The position numbers and the translations under genes are program-made. Below the pieces are notes generated by a model. It worked only from the letters and a program-made list of their open reading frames with translations, made no database searches and had not been told where the DNA came from. DNA of 64,000 nt, from NCBI RefSeq assembly GCF_001194135.2, contig NC_068990.1, positions 69,418,585 to 69,482,584 on the forward strand. The letters run 5' to 3'. This DNA is from Octopus bimaculoides. Its lineage: Eukaryota. Every line of letters starts with the position of its first letter. The stretch's first letter is position 1. Of the stretch, positions 53,031 to 64,000 are shown one piece after another.

Positions 53031-53268
53031 TAATTAAAATGTCAGTCTCTCTTTTTGTTGTACATTTGGCATTAAGAAGGACATCAGTGCTCTGATAATC
53101 CTCTGGTAAATTCTAAGATTTACTACTATATCCAACCCATGTTATCAAAATACATTTTGTAAAAGTTTCATTATAATTAATACCAATTAGAAGTTTATTT
53201 AATTCATATTTGATATTTTTTTTACATGTCTGATATGTAAAATATTTTCTATTTATTATTTGATGTAG

Positions 53269-53384
53269 TTTAACTGCTCAGGAATCTGCCCATCATCTAA
53301 GCCACATTCTATCGTAGAGAGTGAAGTGAGAAATGCTCTATTGTGTGTTGATGATACACATCCTGTGATTGTTAGTAAAATACA
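53269..53384 (+). CDS. EGFR: EGFR exon: extracellular juxtamembrane
   Basis: tgtag acceptor, gtaagt donor; phase 0/2; FNCSGICPSSKPHSIVESEVRNALLCVDDTHPVIVSKI; not in the ORF track but bridges the phases of both neighbours. Confidence 0.85.
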
Positions 53385-55350
53385 GTAAGTTTTTTATTAG
53401 TTATATCCCATTACAGGATGCACAAATATATATTTATGTATACATCTGCAAACACATAAGCTTAATCCCTTATACACCATGAAAAGCAGGTAACTGGCAT
53501 TATGAGTCCTTGGGCTCATAAAAAAGAAAGAAATGTTGGTATTCAATAGTGAGCTCACTGGAGAAATCTAATCAGTGCAGCAGTAAATAAGTGACAGTCA
53601 GTTCACTGGTGCAGCTGTCTCTTTCCTTCAGCTTCATATTCTAGTTGTTGCACTGGGTCGCAGATGTAGGGCATGGAGTCAAGAGGGTATCTATGTCCAC
53701 TCCAGACTACATTGACACATAAAAAAGAATTAGCAAATCATGGGTTCATGTTAGCAAGTCACACTCTCTTGTGAGTGGCTGCTGTGGTTTTATTTTGTTC
53801 TATCTTTGTGAGAATTAAAATAAAAAAAGAAGCTTGAAGTGTTGGTAGTTATCAAATCCATGGAAACGAAAATGCTTTCAGCTGAATAGTAGCAGTTTTT
53901 CTAATAAAAGAGTGTATGGAAATGTCTCATGCAAGGTTTTAATGAGATAAATGAATTGTGATTGTTTTGGAAGTTGTACAAAATAACCTGGAAGTTGTCC
54001 AAAATGAATAGAAAGTGCAATCAACATCTCTGAATTGCAGAATCAACAGAAAACTCAGAGAGAAAATAGATCAAAATTATGAGCCAGGAGTTGTGTATTT
54101 TACATTAAAAGATGGCCATCTTATGTGAATTCATTGTAAAATGTTAATAATCCAATGAGAATATACTTTCTGATAAGTAGACTTGTACCTTGTAGAGGGC
54201 CTAGAGTGCCAGCAGATCAAATAAGAAATAATTTAGGGTGTGTGGGATAAAACTAAGTTAACTTTCTTACATCGTTTCTTTCATTTACAAACTATACAGT
54301 AAATGGGGAAGCACGGCTGCTAGTTTCTCAACCACATGGTTTCAGGTTCAGTCTTACTGCATAGCACTATGGGCAACTGTCTTCTGTTATAGCATAACAC
54401 TAGGCCAGCCAAAGCCTTTATGAGTGGAATTGGTAGTCAGAAACTGAAAGTAACCCATTACACACACATACTCACACATACACGCTAATAACGATTTCAA
54501 ATTTTGGTACAAGGCCAGCAATTTCAGGGTAGGGGTAAGTTGATTACATCAACTCCAGTGTTCAACGGGTACTTATTTTATCGACCTCAAAAAGATGAAA
54601 GGCAAAGTCAAATCTAGCGGCATTTGAACTCTGAAAGTAAAATCGGAAGAAATGCTGCTAAGCACTTTTCCCAACGATTCTGCCAGCTCACCGCCTTACA
54701 CTCACACACATAATAATGATAATGATAATAATCTTTTCTACTCTCGGCACAAGGCCCGAAATTTTTAGGGAGGGGGCCAGTCTATTAGACCGACTCCAGT
54801 ACACAACTGGTACTTAATTTATCGACCCTGAAAGGATGAAAGGCAAAGTCGACGGAATTTGAACTCAGAACATAAAGACAGACGAAATACTGCTCAGCAT
54901 TTTGCCCAGCATGCTAACAATTCTGCCTGCTCGCCACCTTGATAATGATAATAATACTTATGTAGCTATTTGTATGTGCATGTTTTTGTATCTCCTTGTC
55001 TTGACATAGTATGATAGTTGTAAATGAGCGTCACTGTTATACAAGCAGTGTCATTCATTTTTTATTTTTTGTGAAAACAAGTCTGGCCATGAAGTAATAG
55101 AGCATTGGGGACCAGTAGGACATCCAGTTGTAGAAAATCTGCATCAATAAACTCATTTAACTATGGAAAAGTGGATGATTAAAATAGTGATGATATTGAT
55201 GATTTAATTTTCTGATGAGCAAATTTATTGATTGATTTAACTGGGAAACCTTCACCTGTCAAATTTCAGTGAATGACTTTTGATTCTGTTTCTATCATTT
55301 TTTCCCCATTTTCCTTGATTACTTAGAATATTTTTTTCTATTCTTTCCAG

Positions 55351-55513
55351 AGAAAAAGAGAAGAAAACCAATGCCATTGCTATTGTAACAAGTGTTGTGA
55401 CTGTGATCATTTTAGTTATTCTTTTAATAATATACTACTACTGTAGACGAGCTCGAGAAATAGCAACTGTTAACAAACTAAATGCTGCAATGATGGGTTA
55501 TGATGAAAACGAG
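55351..55513 (+). CDS. EGFR: EGFR exon: transmembrane helix and stop-transfer segment
   Basis: tccag acceptor, gttggc donor; phase 2/0; EKEKKTNAIAIVTSVVTVIILVILLIIYYYCRRARE...YDENE. Confidence 0.92.
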
Positions 55514-55797
55514 GTTGGCATCTTGATATTTTATTTAACCGTTGTCAATTAAAAATTTTCCAAGGACTTTTGTTCCAAGTTTGGCTGAGTCATTATTTGT
55601 TATTTTAATTTATGTTTATAAAATTAGATATAATCCTGGTTGAGGATTATCTTGATTGTTTATGAAATTTAATATAATTCCTAGTTAAGGATTATCTTGA
55701 CAGTTTATGAAAATTAAAATAATCCCAAATATAAACTTCTTACCTAAACAGTTATGTCCCAAAGATTTTAAATTTAGTTTTGTCTTGGATATTTCAG

Positions 55798-55911
55798 CCT
55801 CTCAATCCAACTAGTGCAAAACCAAATTTGGCTAAACTTCGATTAATTAAAGAATCTGAACTTAGAAAAGGTGGCATAATTGGATCTGGAGCATTTGGAA
55901 CTGTCTATAAG
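55798..55911 (+). CDS. EGFR: EGFR exon: juxtamembrane B and kinase Gly-rich loop
   Basis: ttcag acceptor, gtgag donor; phase 0/0; PLNPTSAKPNLAKLRLIKESELRKGGIIGSGAFGTVYK. Confidence 0.97.
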
Positions 55912-56129
55912 GTGAGTTATGGGGGAAAAAAATCAAATTCTATTCATTCATACTACTTTTAGAATAGAGTGTTTTCAAAACAGTATGGTTATAAAGTTAA
56001 GAGATGCTCTTCCCAAACATGGTTCAATACATATATATTTATATTTATATATAATAATAGTAATAAAACAGATGAATGGATGTTATGGTATATCTACAAA
56101 TGTTTCACGAAAGTTTTTTGTGACATAGG

Positions 56130-56880
56130 CCGAGTATGAAAGAGTGATAACTTCATATTAATAACTGCATTGTTTCTTCTCAGGTAAACTGACATCTGAC
56201 TGTTCAAGGAAGACTTCAAAAGTAACCATTTGTGACTTATCTTGAAATGGACAAAATTTGGCATTGTTGTGATATCAAATACTTGCAGAAAACGGCTTTA
56301 GTGCCCAAGGACATTCATGCTGATATGGTTACTACATCAGGAGATGACACTCCAGCTTTATGTGCAAAAGTGGACATCTGAATTTAGGTGGAAGGCAGAG
56401 TCTTGAAGATGACACAAGATCTGAATGTCCTGCAACTACCACCACCGAGGAAAACATTGATTGTATTCACCACATGGTGATGGGTAACATGCAATTGACT
56501 ATAAATCAAATAGCCAATGCTGTTAACATATCCTGGAAGAGAATTGAGAATCTTCTGGTTAATCAACTTGGGGTGACGAAAGTTTCTGTTTTGGAGGGTA
56601 CCATGTCTTCTGACACCTGATCAAAAAGTACACCAGGCTGATGACATCCTGGGAAAATCTGACATTGAGGCAGATCCAGCTGGTTCCTCAAACATTTCCT
56701 ACGTTAGGATGAGTGTTGGGTTCTTCACTTTGAGCTAGAGACAAAGAGCGAATCCATACAGTGGAAACACTCCTCCTCACCTGCAACAAAGAAGGCTATG
56801 GTCAGTTCATCTGCAGAGAAAGTGAGGGCCTCAGTTTTTTCAGATGCAAAAAGCATTGTGTATCTTCAAAAGGCCACAAG
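56130..56880 (+). mobile_element. Degenerate mariner 5' half, interrupted by a family A SINE
   Basis: MDKIWH...IKYLQK...KDIHADMV...SLEDDTRS...TTEENID...LTINQIA...ETKSESIQW. Confidence 0.85.
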
Positions 56881-57643
56881 CATCTTCTACTATAGCCTTG
56901 GGCCGACCAAAGCCTTGTGAGTGGATTTGGCAGGCAGAAACTGAAAGAAGCCCACCATATGTATATATATATATATATACATGCACATATATATATATAT
57001 AATGTATGTGTGTGTATATGCTTATTTATGTGCTTGTCCCCCCCAACATGCTTGACAACTGATGCTGGTGTGTTTACATCCCCATAACTTAGTGGTTTGG
57101 CAAAAGAGACCGATAGAATAAGTACTAGGCTTACAAAGAATAAGTCCTGGGGTCGATTTGACCGACTAAAGGTGGTGCTCCAGCATAGCCACAGTCAAAT
57201 GACTGAAACAAGTAAAAGAGTAATATGTATCCATAGTTATTGTTGTGTGTAAATCAAAATACACATTAAAATTGAGGATTATGGAAATATTTGCAGAGTT
57301 GTTGAATAAACAAAACAGGAAATTGGAAAATTTTTCGTATTATTTATTCTCCATTGCACATGTTTCATTTTTTTAGGGATCACAAAGATTTATGTGTTAT
57401 ATAGATATTTAAAGAATTTCATCTCAAATTCTCTGCTAATGAGTAGGAGTAGTTGGGGAGCATTATAACCATGTGTTGAGAGGGATTTTTTTGAGGTTTG
57501 AATAAAATTAACAAAAGCAAAGTTTGAAAGAAATGTTAGTTATACTTTCTAGGGATAAGCAAATAGGAAATAACAGTTGCTACCCAAGAGCAAAAATCAT
57601 GTTACACAGTGTTGTTTATTGTATATATATATATGTACATCAT

Positions 57644-58019
57644 GAAGGCGCAATGGCCCAATGGTTAGGGCAGCGAACACGCGGTCATAGGATCGCAGAT
57701 TCGATTCCCAGACCGGGCGTTGTGAGTGTTTATTGAGCGAAAACACCTAAAGCTCCACGAGGCTCTGGCAGGGGATGGTGGCGAACCCTGCTGTACTCTT
57801 CCACCACAACTTTCTCTCACTCTTACTTCCTGTTTCTGTTGTACCTGTAATTCAAAGGGCAAGCCTTGTCACACTCTGTGTCACGCTGAATATCCCCGAG
57901 AACTATGTTAAGGGTACACGTGTCTGTGGAGTGCTCAGCCACTTGCACGTTAATTTCACGAGCAGGCTGTTCCATTGATCGGATCAACTGGAACCCTCGA
58001 CGGAGTGCCAACAACAACA
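57644..58019 (+). mobile_element. Young tRNA-derived SINE family E (my label) with (CAA)n tail
   Basis: 15-bp TSD ATATATGTACATCAT; older minus-strand copies at about 37675-38050, 50390-50700 and 63470-63700. Confidence 0.88.
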
Positions 58020-58963
58020 ATATATGTACATCATCATCATTATCACAACCACCATCACCACCATTATTTAACATCCATTATCAATGCTTGTATGGGTTGG
58101 ATGGTTTGACTGGTGAGCTAGACAGCTGCACCAGACTCTATTGTCTGTTTTGGCATGGTTTCTACAGCTGGATGCCCTTCCTAATGACAACCACTTTATA
58201 GAGTGTATCGAGTGCTTTTTACATGGCACCACCACCAGCAAGGTCACCAAGTAACTTGTAAGACAAAGACCCCTGACTGGGAGGGGGAGTAGTATTGTGG
58301 GAAGTGGCTTTGTGCCAGGTGTTGAGAGGTTAAAGTATAATAAAGATTCCCTTCGGTCATGAATGGCTATGGGATTGCAAGTAGAAAGTTACCCTCTAAA
58401 GCACGAGTCTGGGCAATGTTGTTTATGGAAGACCAGTAGTTGCCCATGCCTACCATGCATACCAGCCTCCCTTCTCCATGCCACCAATGTTATCCAAGGG
58501 AAAGGCAAAAGCTGATACAGTTTGGCACCAGTGACGTCGCAGCTCATTTCTACAGCTGAATGAACTGAATAAGAGTCTTGCTCAAGAACACAACACACAG
58601 CCTGGTCCAGGAATCAAACTCACTACCTCATGAGTGCTCTAACCACTGAACCACTTAATGTATAATAGAGGGATAGAAATAGGTGTCTTGCTATTGAGAA
58701 AGCACTTGGCTACTCCAGTTAGAAAAGAAAGGAAAATAGAGATATAGAGAAAGATATACAGACAGAGCAAGAGAGATGGGGACAGATAGTGTTGGAGATG
58801 TGTTGGGGTATACCTACAAGGTACATTGGGAGTGAATATAAGTGGTACAGAGGATTGACAGGGTGAGTAGGTAACTAAATATCACCATATACCAGGATCT
58901 ATGTTTATATAGATATATTGACTCAGTGACTGAATTGATTTAATTGCTTTTGGTTTCTTAAAG

Positions 58964-59248
58964 GGATTTTGGATTCCTGATGGAGAAAATGTGAAGATTC
59001 CTGTTGCAATCAAAGTTCTCCAAGAAGGAACATCACCAAGCCAGAATAAGGAACTGTTAGAGGAAGCTCGAGTAATGTGCTCAGTTGATCAGCAATGTTG
59101 TATCAGAATATTAGCTGTGTGTATGACTGCTCAGATGATGTTGATTACACCCCTCATGCCCCTCGGATGTCTGCTCGATTATATCCGCAAACATCAGAAA
59201 GCTATAGGATCTAAAGTTCTTCTCAACTGGTGTACACAGATTGCTAAG
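58964..59248 (+). CDS. EGFR: EGFR exon: kinase N-lobe, alphaC and hinge
   Basis: taaag acceptor, gtaag donor; phase 0/0; [21 protein letters not shown]...EEARVM...[14 protein letters not shown]...[10 protein letters not shown]. Confidence 0.97.
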
Positions 59249-60397
59249 GTAAGAATTTTCTTTTGTGATATTGTTTCCAGATAAATTTCTTGAGTTTTAA
59301 AGGTACCAATACTTGCTTCAAGACACTAGCAATTATTTTAATATTAATTAGAGTTATTAGGGTGGTGAGTTGGCAGAATCTTTAGCACTAAGGGCAAAAT
59401 GCTTAGTGGCATTTCATCCGTCTTTATGTTCTGAGTTCAAATCTCCTGAGGTTGACTTTGCCTCTCATCCTTTCGTGGTCAATAAAATAAATACCAGCTA
59501 AGCATTGGAGTCATTATAATTGACTTACCCACCACCCTTGAAAGTTACTGGCCTTGTGCCAAAATGTGAAATCAATATTAATTAGTTACTAGCAAATATT
59601 TCTTTTGCTTCAAACACATGGTGGGTTCTGGTGGTCAGTTATTGTAATGGAGATAATCATTTCTAGATAAATCTTGATGGGATTAAAATAAGTACTTAGA
59701 GTTTAGCCATAGAGATGTAATCATGGCTGTGTGGTTAACAAGCTTGCTTTGTAACCATGTGCTTTATGTGTTTTGGGTCCAGTCTCTCTGCACAGCCCTT
59801 TGTACGATAGACCAGGGCTGACCAATGCCTTGGGACAGGATTTTGCAGATGGAAACTGTGTGGAAGTCCATTATACATGTGTGTATCTTTGTGTTTGTGT
59901 TTGCCCCACCACCACTTGACAACTGGTACTGGTTTATTTACATCCCTTTAATTTAGTGATTTGGCAAAAGAGACAGAATAAGTCCTGGGGTCAGTTTGCT
60001 TGATTAAATTCTTCGAGGTGATGCACCAGCATGACCACTGTCCAGTGACCAAAACATGTATAAGATAAAATATGAAAGAGTGCATATTATGTACACACCA
60101 TTGAAGTCAGTTGCCATGGTTTCCTATCCAGATGAGGCACTATATCTTGCAGAAAATTGATTTGGAATCCAAACCATTAAAGACAGCCATTGGGGTGACA
60201 ACCATGGCAGTTCAAGGTATTTGTGGTTGGCAAGAGATTATAGATGGAACTCTTCTTTGATACACCTTTCAGGTGAATCATAACTGCTAAGAGATTAAAT
60301 GCTTATGACCCCGAAGTACTGGCTGATGATATAGAAGGGTTTCCAACATTGTAATAGTTTCAGTGACTATCAGGAAAAGAGTTGGAAATATATTTAA

Positions 60398-60620
60398 CCC
60401 TTTCGCTACTGTATTTATCTTGAGATGCTCTGTGTTTCTTTCAATTACTTTAAATATAACAAAGAATTTAGTAAAATAACTTGATTACCATTAAGCTAGT
60501 AGTGTTAGGAATATAAACTGTGACTAAGGTTTGGTGGAAGATTTTAATTCAAAACTTATGAAAACAAGACATTTGTACTCAGAGCCAGAGGCAGTTTCAG
60601 CCAGGTTGGTAACAAAAGGA
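60398..60620. mobile_element. TTAA-flanked MITE (piggyBac-like)
   Basis: TTAA-CCCTTTCGCTAC ... GTAACAAAAGGA-TTAA; related fragments near 28395 and 46096. Confidence 0.6.
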
Positions 60621-60713
60621 TTAAGTAACTTCTGTTGTTTCTTTTTGGAGTAAAGCATCTCTATATTTTGGGGTATTTACATCCATATATTTTATGTTTA
60701 TTGTTTGTTTCAG

Positions 60714-60777
60714 GGTATGGCTTATTTAGAAGGCAGAGCCATTGTTCACAGGGATTTAGCAGCTAGGAATGTTTTAT
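60714..60777 (+). CDS. EGFR: EGFR exon: catalytic loop
   Basis: ttcag acceptor, gtaagt donor; phase 0/1; GMAYLEGRAIVHRDLAARNVL. Confidence 0.97.
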
Positions 60778-61061
60778 GTAAGTATGGTAACTCCTCTGTA
60801 AATTTAAGCCATTAATTGGAATGCTAAATTCCATCATAGTCACAATTAAAATATGTATGATACTTTAATAAAATTTCATGTCACTTTACTGTAGGTCTGT
60901 CCACTAATATTGGCTAAACACTGTTTTAAGATTTTAAAATGACAAAATCATTTAAGTATGGAAATACAAAAAAATTCATTTCATATACATTGACATTTTC
61001 AAATTACTAGAAATCACTGAATCATGTTTGAACTGCTTATCCTTCATTGTATTTCCCTTAA

Positions 61062-61279
61062 CCCCTTGTAGATGGAAAGTGGTACTGACTGCATCAAAAC
61101 ACTGTATGCGAGCAGTGTGATGTCTTGTACTGTGCAGCACCATGTTTTCAAATATACCACCCTTACAAGAATCTATAAATACACTGTAAAATTCCTTGTA
61201 TGAAAAGTTATGTTGTTATTGTATGGCCTAATACCAGTACATAGCACAGACTGTCAGTACTAAATCCGTGTGCAAGGGG
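61062..61279. mobile_element. TTAA-flanked MITE (piggyBac-like), second family
   Basis: TTAA-CCCCTTG...GTACTGAC and GTCAGTAC...CAAGGGG-TTAA. Confidence 0.7.
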
Positions 61280-61559
61280 TTAATCATATCATTGCACTAT
61301 GTTTCATATTGTACCTACAAAGCCTTCCCCTACTTCTGCCAGAACCTGATTTCACATATTGAAAATCTGTACAGCTCCTAAGATCTCCTCATATAATACA
61401 GATATGTTAAACATATAGGTGCTACACATCTAGACATTCTCTGGGTCACCACCTGTCATATCATATTTTTTCTCTTATATTGTACCTTAACAATATTATA
61501 TCTCATTTCTTATATATTGTCTCATAATGAATTCACCTCCTGTTTTCTTTGTCTTCTTT

Positions 61560-62400
61560 GCAACACAAACCTTTTATTATTGACATACCTTATAATATAA
61601 ATATGACTCAAAATGTCATGTTGCAAATGGGTGGGTTGCATGGTTGGAATGGTGATCTTCAGCTTTATGTTAACATCCGCTGGGCAGCTAATTTCCACAA
61701 CTGTTCACAGTTTCTCTGCTCTATCCCAAATTGTTATATCAGGTCTGTTGTGCTTACATTTTATTGAGTCTTCACTGAAACATTCCACCAGTACTTCTTT
61801 TTATAATGAGTGGTTATGGCTTCTACCATACTGTGGGTTTTTATTTCTTTGTCCGCAGGGGTCAGTCTTCCGATGGATTTCATTATAGTGTCCTAGCTAC
61901 AACATTATGTCTCATCGGTAGATAATACTATGATGACATTTTCAGACAACTACTTATGATGTAGGTGATATCTCTGATGTGTTAACTCCACAAAGTCTGC
62001 ACCAGTTGTCACATTTTACTGCTTTTCCTGCATCTCTATCCTTTTGTGCATCAGGTACTTGGTTGATATTTCCTGCTCCTGGATTGCAAACACATACCAC
62101 TTCAAAGTGGGAGGTAGTAATCTGGCTATTGGTCCATGATAGACTGCTTTCATGATCAATGTTACTATCATCTCAGAGCTTTCTACTAATATATCCATGG
62201 ATAGTCTTCTGCTCATATAAGCTCATCCATTCATATGATGATATGTTGCTGTAGAGTCATGTAACTTCTTTGGGCATGTATTCTAGATTATCAGACAAAG
62301 AATCTTGCTCAAGAAGCTGCCTTCTAAGTCTTATGATGTTATCAGCTTCATGCATGCAAACTTGGTTGAGGGATAGACTTCAACAATTGGTGGTTAAAAG
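61560..62400 (-). mobile_element. Decayed non-LTR element with CCHC and restriction-like endonuclease, a further family
   Basis: YVFAIQEQEISTKYLM...WCRLCG...RYYLPMRHNVVA...KCKHNRPDITIWDRE, across frameshifts. Confidence 0.7.
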
Positions 62401-62642
62401 ATGTCATCAAAGCGATAATGATATGACATTCAAAGGGATTTTGGATCGATGTTAAGCTTCTGCCATCTTGTTTTCATTTTAGGTGGAGGCGGTCAAATAT
62501 GCATGTAGGTACTTATGCAAGCATGTATGTATGTTTGTATGTATGGAGGCATGCATGTATGTACATACAGATGTGTGTAATATATGAGTAATTATAAGTT
62601 ATATTTCATATTTTCAATGTTTCGCTTGTTTTTGTGTTTCAG

Positions 62643-62734
62643 TGCAAACTCCTAATCAAATAAGGATTACAGACTTTGGTTTAGCCAAATTACTCGACTA
62701 TAATGAAGAAGAATACATAGCTGCTGGTGGCAAA
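62643..62734 (+). CDS. EGFR: EGFR exon: DFG and activation loop; the gene continues beyond the window
   Basis: ttcag acceptor, gtgag donor; phase 1/0; LQTPNQIRITDFGLAKLLDYNEEEYIAAGGK. Confidence 0.97.
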
Positions 62735-64000
62735 GTGAGTCTCAATTATTGATTTATTGATCTTTCTAATTACTGTGTCTTTAAAGAAATTTACCCACTG
62801 TTTATATCCTACCTACTTTATCAGTCTTTCTCTGGCCCTCTCTCTTTTTCACTTTCCTCATCTCTCTCTTCCCCCTTCTCTCTCTCAAGTTGGTATTTTG
62901 TAGTTGTGGGTTGAGTTTCTGACCTTTTGAACAAAATCCTTCTGTGGAGGATGAGAGATTGGATGGATTAGAGAATTCCAGGAAATACCGATTGCAGTTG
63001 TTGCAATCATTGAAGTAAAAAACCGAGCAAGGAATGGCTAAAACAGAGATGTATCTATAACATTCCATTGCATTTGTAGAAGATCTTTGAAAGTTGATGG
63101 CCTTTAAAAGTAAGACAAAAGGAACATTGTAATATTTTAGTGAGAAGAGACACATCAGAGTCAAAAATGGTTAACTACATAGGAAGGCCAAAAGGAAGTT
63201 CAGTGACTGTTATGGGATGAAATTGGCATAACTGGAAGTGAACCACAGTAGAAAACAAGACAAAATCAAAAAATGTGATGCATACATTTCTTGTTGATAA
63301 CCCAATCAGTGAATTCAATGGTTTTGCTGAAAGATCAATATAAATAACCTAAAAATGTAACTTTGCATGTACATGTATCAGCGGCATAGTGGATAAGAGT
63401 GTTATTATCCCCAGTTTATAAACGCAGGTTCCAAGTTCAAATACAGTCTAGTACCATGTACATAACTGGCACACTGTCAGTTACGACAAGGGTTCCAGTT
63501 GATCTGATCAACAGAACAGCCTGCTCCTGAAATTAACATGCAAGTGGCTCAGCACTCCACAGACATGCATATCTTTAACATAGTTCTCAAGAAGATTCAG
63601 AATGACACAGAATATGACTAGGATGGCTCTTTGAAATATCAGTACCACTCGTTTTTGTCAGCTTTGTGGACTAAAACAGCATGAAATAAAGTATCTAAGT
63701 CACACATCTTCACTATCTAGGAATAAGTCACCTGATGATGATCAGAGATCAGACTGATTGAAGATGAAATTAATAGTCAAGAAAACTATTTTATGTTGGA
63801 AAATATTGGTTAGAATCCTATAAACTGTCTTATTCACCTTCTTTAGCAAAAATGTCTCTCTGCGACCCAGTGTAACAATGGATATATTCACATTCTGACA
63901 ATCAAATACCATATTGCCATAAAACGATCAAATGATGGTTTTATGGCATTATGGGATGCCACTAAGTTACATGTGCATTTCTGTTTCTTTAGCCTTAAAA

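Noticed and set aside
53383-53390. In-frame TAA right after the last ectodomain exon, suggesting a secreted isoform; likewise read-through after the TM exon at 55514
   Set aside because: A stop within GTAAGT is automatic for phase-2 donors, and no transcript evidence is available.
55798-55815. Loss of the vertebrate ERK feedback site (PLTP to PLNP)
   Set aside because: The threonine is also absent in Drosophila EGFR as I recall it, so this is probably the ordinary invertebrate state.

Overview
AT-rich, microsatellite- and SINE-dense animal genomic DNA with nine N-gaps. The repeat landscape and protein sequence suggest a cephalopod, probably Octopus (inference). One gene occupies the window: a + strand EGFR/ErbB receptor tyrosine kinase. 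I traced 19 GT-AG coding exons from 16953 to 62734 with fully consistent intron phases (2996 nt, about 998 codons). They cover L1, the Cys-rich dimerization arm, L2, an extended furin-like region, the TM helix, the juxtamembrane segment and the kinase up to the activation loop. The signal-peptide exon and the kinase C-lobe/tail exons were not found in the window. Introns contain mariner, Tc1, hAT, Helitron and TTAA-MITE relics, RTE and Penelope-like fragments, five SINE families (my labels A-E) and several R4/Dong-like restriction-endonuclease retrotransposon fragments, all antisense to EGFR. Most interesting: (1) Dong-like copies sit in (AAT)n tracts, and one young copy lies in the microsatellite that forms an EGFR 3' splice site; (2) a short repeat with decayed hammerhead-ribozyme architecture; (3) a 79-bp intronic fold-back; (4) unusual alphaC-beta4 and hinge residues in the kinase. 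No prokaryote-type systems were seen, and no database searches could be run.
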